Shown here piece by piece: positions 47,261 through 49,104 of a DNA stretch of 49,104 nt; positions within the stretch are counted from its first letter, which is position 1; every line of letters begins with the position of its first letter. The stretch is from NCBI RefSeq assembly GCF_018977255.1, contig NW_024705391.1, positions 1 to 49,104 of the forward strand, written 5' to 3'. This stretch comes from Callorhinchus milii (Eukaryota). A program made the position numbers and the translations under genes. A model generated the notes under the pieces. The model was given only the letters and a program-made list of their open reading frames with translations. It had not been told where the DNA came from and did no database searches.

Positions 47261-47775
47261 CCCATCGGTGAGCTCCTCCGGCAGGCAAGGCTGCGTTGGC
47301 TGGGTCATGTAGCCCGCATGCCCGGCCACCGCATGCCTAAAACAGCTTTTGTTCGGCCAGAGAGAGGGGGCTAAACGGGCGCGGCACGGGCTAGAGAAGA
47401 GATGGAGTGATGTGGTACAAGAGGACGTGGAGCTGAGTGGACTTGCCGATGACTGGTACCAGCGGTGTCAAGATCGGCCTCAGTGGCGGAGGCTCGTGAA
47501 GGACGTTACGGAGGAAGGAGGAGCGACGCTCACAACAACGAGCGGAGCGCCGGGTGAATAAAGCACAGCAAGTTGGCACAGTATGGGGCACTGGTGGTGC
47601 ATCAGCCACTCATCTCGGTCATCTCAGTCAGTCGACCCGTGGCACCTGGGTCTGCCCCGTGACCTCCTGCCAACGGACGTTCGACACTTCACGTGGCCTC
47701 GAGGTGCACTTCGCCTGGCACAAGCGTCGTGGTGACGTCACCGCCACTTAGTGGCGAATGGCGGTTGTTGTGTGC
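47261..47775 (+). mobile_element. 5'-truncated RTE-clade LINE 3' end (dead RT-ORF C-terminus, two frameshifts)
   Basis: LLRQARLRWLGHVARMPGHRMPK/QLLFGQREGAKRARHGLEKRWSDVVQED...WYQRCQDRPQWRRLV are the RTE motifs RLRWLGHV-RM and DR--WR. A C2H2 finger and stop (47751) follow. Frameshifts near 47341 and 47517. Confidence 0.88.
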
Positions 47776-48598
47776 GCGAACAGAAGTCCCGAATTGGCTG
47801 CGTTCGCTGTCCTGGAGAATTCAACGCTCGCGGAATTGAGATGCCACAGCGCGGATGGGACACATGCGCCGGGGGGGGGGGACGTTGCAATCCGGAATAT
47901 ATTTCCATATCCGGCACACCACATCCAGTGCACCACCTCGCTGTGGCTACTCGTCACGTGCCCACTCCAGTCTATACCGGAACCGTGAAATGATGTGTTC
48001 AGAAGTTAAACCCTGATTATTATTATTATATACTCAATACTGCGGCTAGGATTATTGTAATTCAAAGTGGGGTTGCTGCTCAAATGAGCATTGCACCTGT
48101 GCTCATCTCCTATTTTCTAGCCCGGTGTCGGAAATTCCTCATTCCTATGGCGGGGGCGAGTATATCCATTGACCAACGGCTTTTTATTTCCCTTCAAAGT
48201 GGTACTCGTTTTATCAACCCAAAAGAAGAGGAGGTGGGGATGATGATAATGGACTGAAGTCAGCCACCCAAGCAGGATTTGAACTCTCCATCCACCTTCC
48301 AATTGTGAGCCACAGGGCTACCAGGCCAGAGGGAGAGAGAGGGCTTATTGAAATTAAGTCTTCCATAGCCAAAGACAGCGTCCAGATATCAGGGTGTTGG
48401 CTATAGGAAGCAGCTTTGGCTGTGTGCCACTAACGCTTCACTCCGACGCATCGAACGATAACAGCGACGGCTTATTTTCCGCTGCAATCAAAACGACACG
48501 GAGAGTTCTGCTTGGTGTGCGCCGCACGTTATCTCTAACGCGAAAACGAATGCCACGACGCGTGAGTGAATGTGTGTGTGTGGTGGGGGAGTGGCGGT

Positions 48599-48658
48599 GA
48601 GCGGTGGTGCAGTGGTTAGCACACTGCGCTACGGAGCCCGAGTTCGACTCCCGGCTCA
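48599..48658 (+). mobile_element. tRNA-derived SINE head fragment
   Basis: A box TGGTGCAGTGG and B box GTTCGACTCCC with a shortened anticodon arm. Confidence 0.6.
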
Positions 48659-48738
48659 CGAACAGTAACGGTGGCGAATATCTGAACCAAAGTCCTGGAC
48701 CTCGCCCATAGATCGTCTCAGCCTTAAAAAAATATATG

Positions 48739-49104
48739 AAAAAATTAACCCGTAAAAACTAAGTTTTTCACTATAAATCCTTTATATGCGTGGCGGCTAG
48801 AGTCCTCTTGTCCTCTGGCTTAAGATGGCTGCCACCTATGGGTCAGATGATTGTCTGCCAGCATTAAGCAATTGGTAATTAAAAAATTCCCTAAACAGTG
48901 TAAAATTTTGGAAAAAAAATTTCACGAAAATTAATTGTCACGCACAACGAGTCTGTGTGGAAAATGTCAGCTCGATTGAATCACGGGAAGTGGTTTAAAA
49001 AACGACCGAAAGATTTACACGGTCGTAAGCAAGCAAGCAAGCGCGCAAACATGCAAGCAAGCAAGCAAACTTAATATAATAAAATTAAAACAAGCAAATC
49101 CGTA
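48739..49104 (-). repeat. Inverted dispersed copy of modules A+C, probably running off the window end
   Basis: Reverse complement of tattaagtttgcttgc...acgaccg...gacccataggtggcagcc...tttacgggttaatttt. Confidence 0.9.

Noticed and set aside
38826..47775. Nested inverted symmetry RTE(-), SINE(-) ... SINE(+), RTE(+) as one large inverted duplication
   Set aside because: Spacing is asymmetric, flanks are unrelated and the two pairs differ in divergence; independent insertions are simpler.

Overview
Eukaryotic (metazoan, plausibly fish or lamprey-like; inferred only from the repeat families) non-coding DNA. No intact protein-coding gene is supportable. Bases 1-35484 are a composite macrosatellite built from recurring modules: (A) a Helitron/Helentron-like head with a (GCTT)n tract, (B) a tRNA-Ala-derived 73-nt unit carrying a CCC anticodon triplet (20 copies in the array, 1 dispersed), (C) a ~135-bp spacer and (D) a palindrome-rich 165-bp monomer. 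The left part has a ~5.2-5.3-kb higher-order unit (first copy 3.3 kb). That unit also carries a degenerate (CCCTAA)n block and an inverted pair of Penelope-like pseudo-LTR fragments with an intact minimal hammerhead ribozyme (4 copies). The right part (~24.2-35.5 kb) has ~1.7-2.2-kb units that differ mostly by whole 165-bp monomers. A 30-N gap (8595-8624) is followed by 4.9 kb (8625-13533) of featureless random-looking sequence occupying about one missing repeat unit; I read this as an artefact or placeholder, not biology. The flank (35.5-49.1 kb) holds decayed RTE-LINE 3' ends with a C2H2 finger, V-SINE-like copies, two dispersed copies of the satellite modules and microsatellites.
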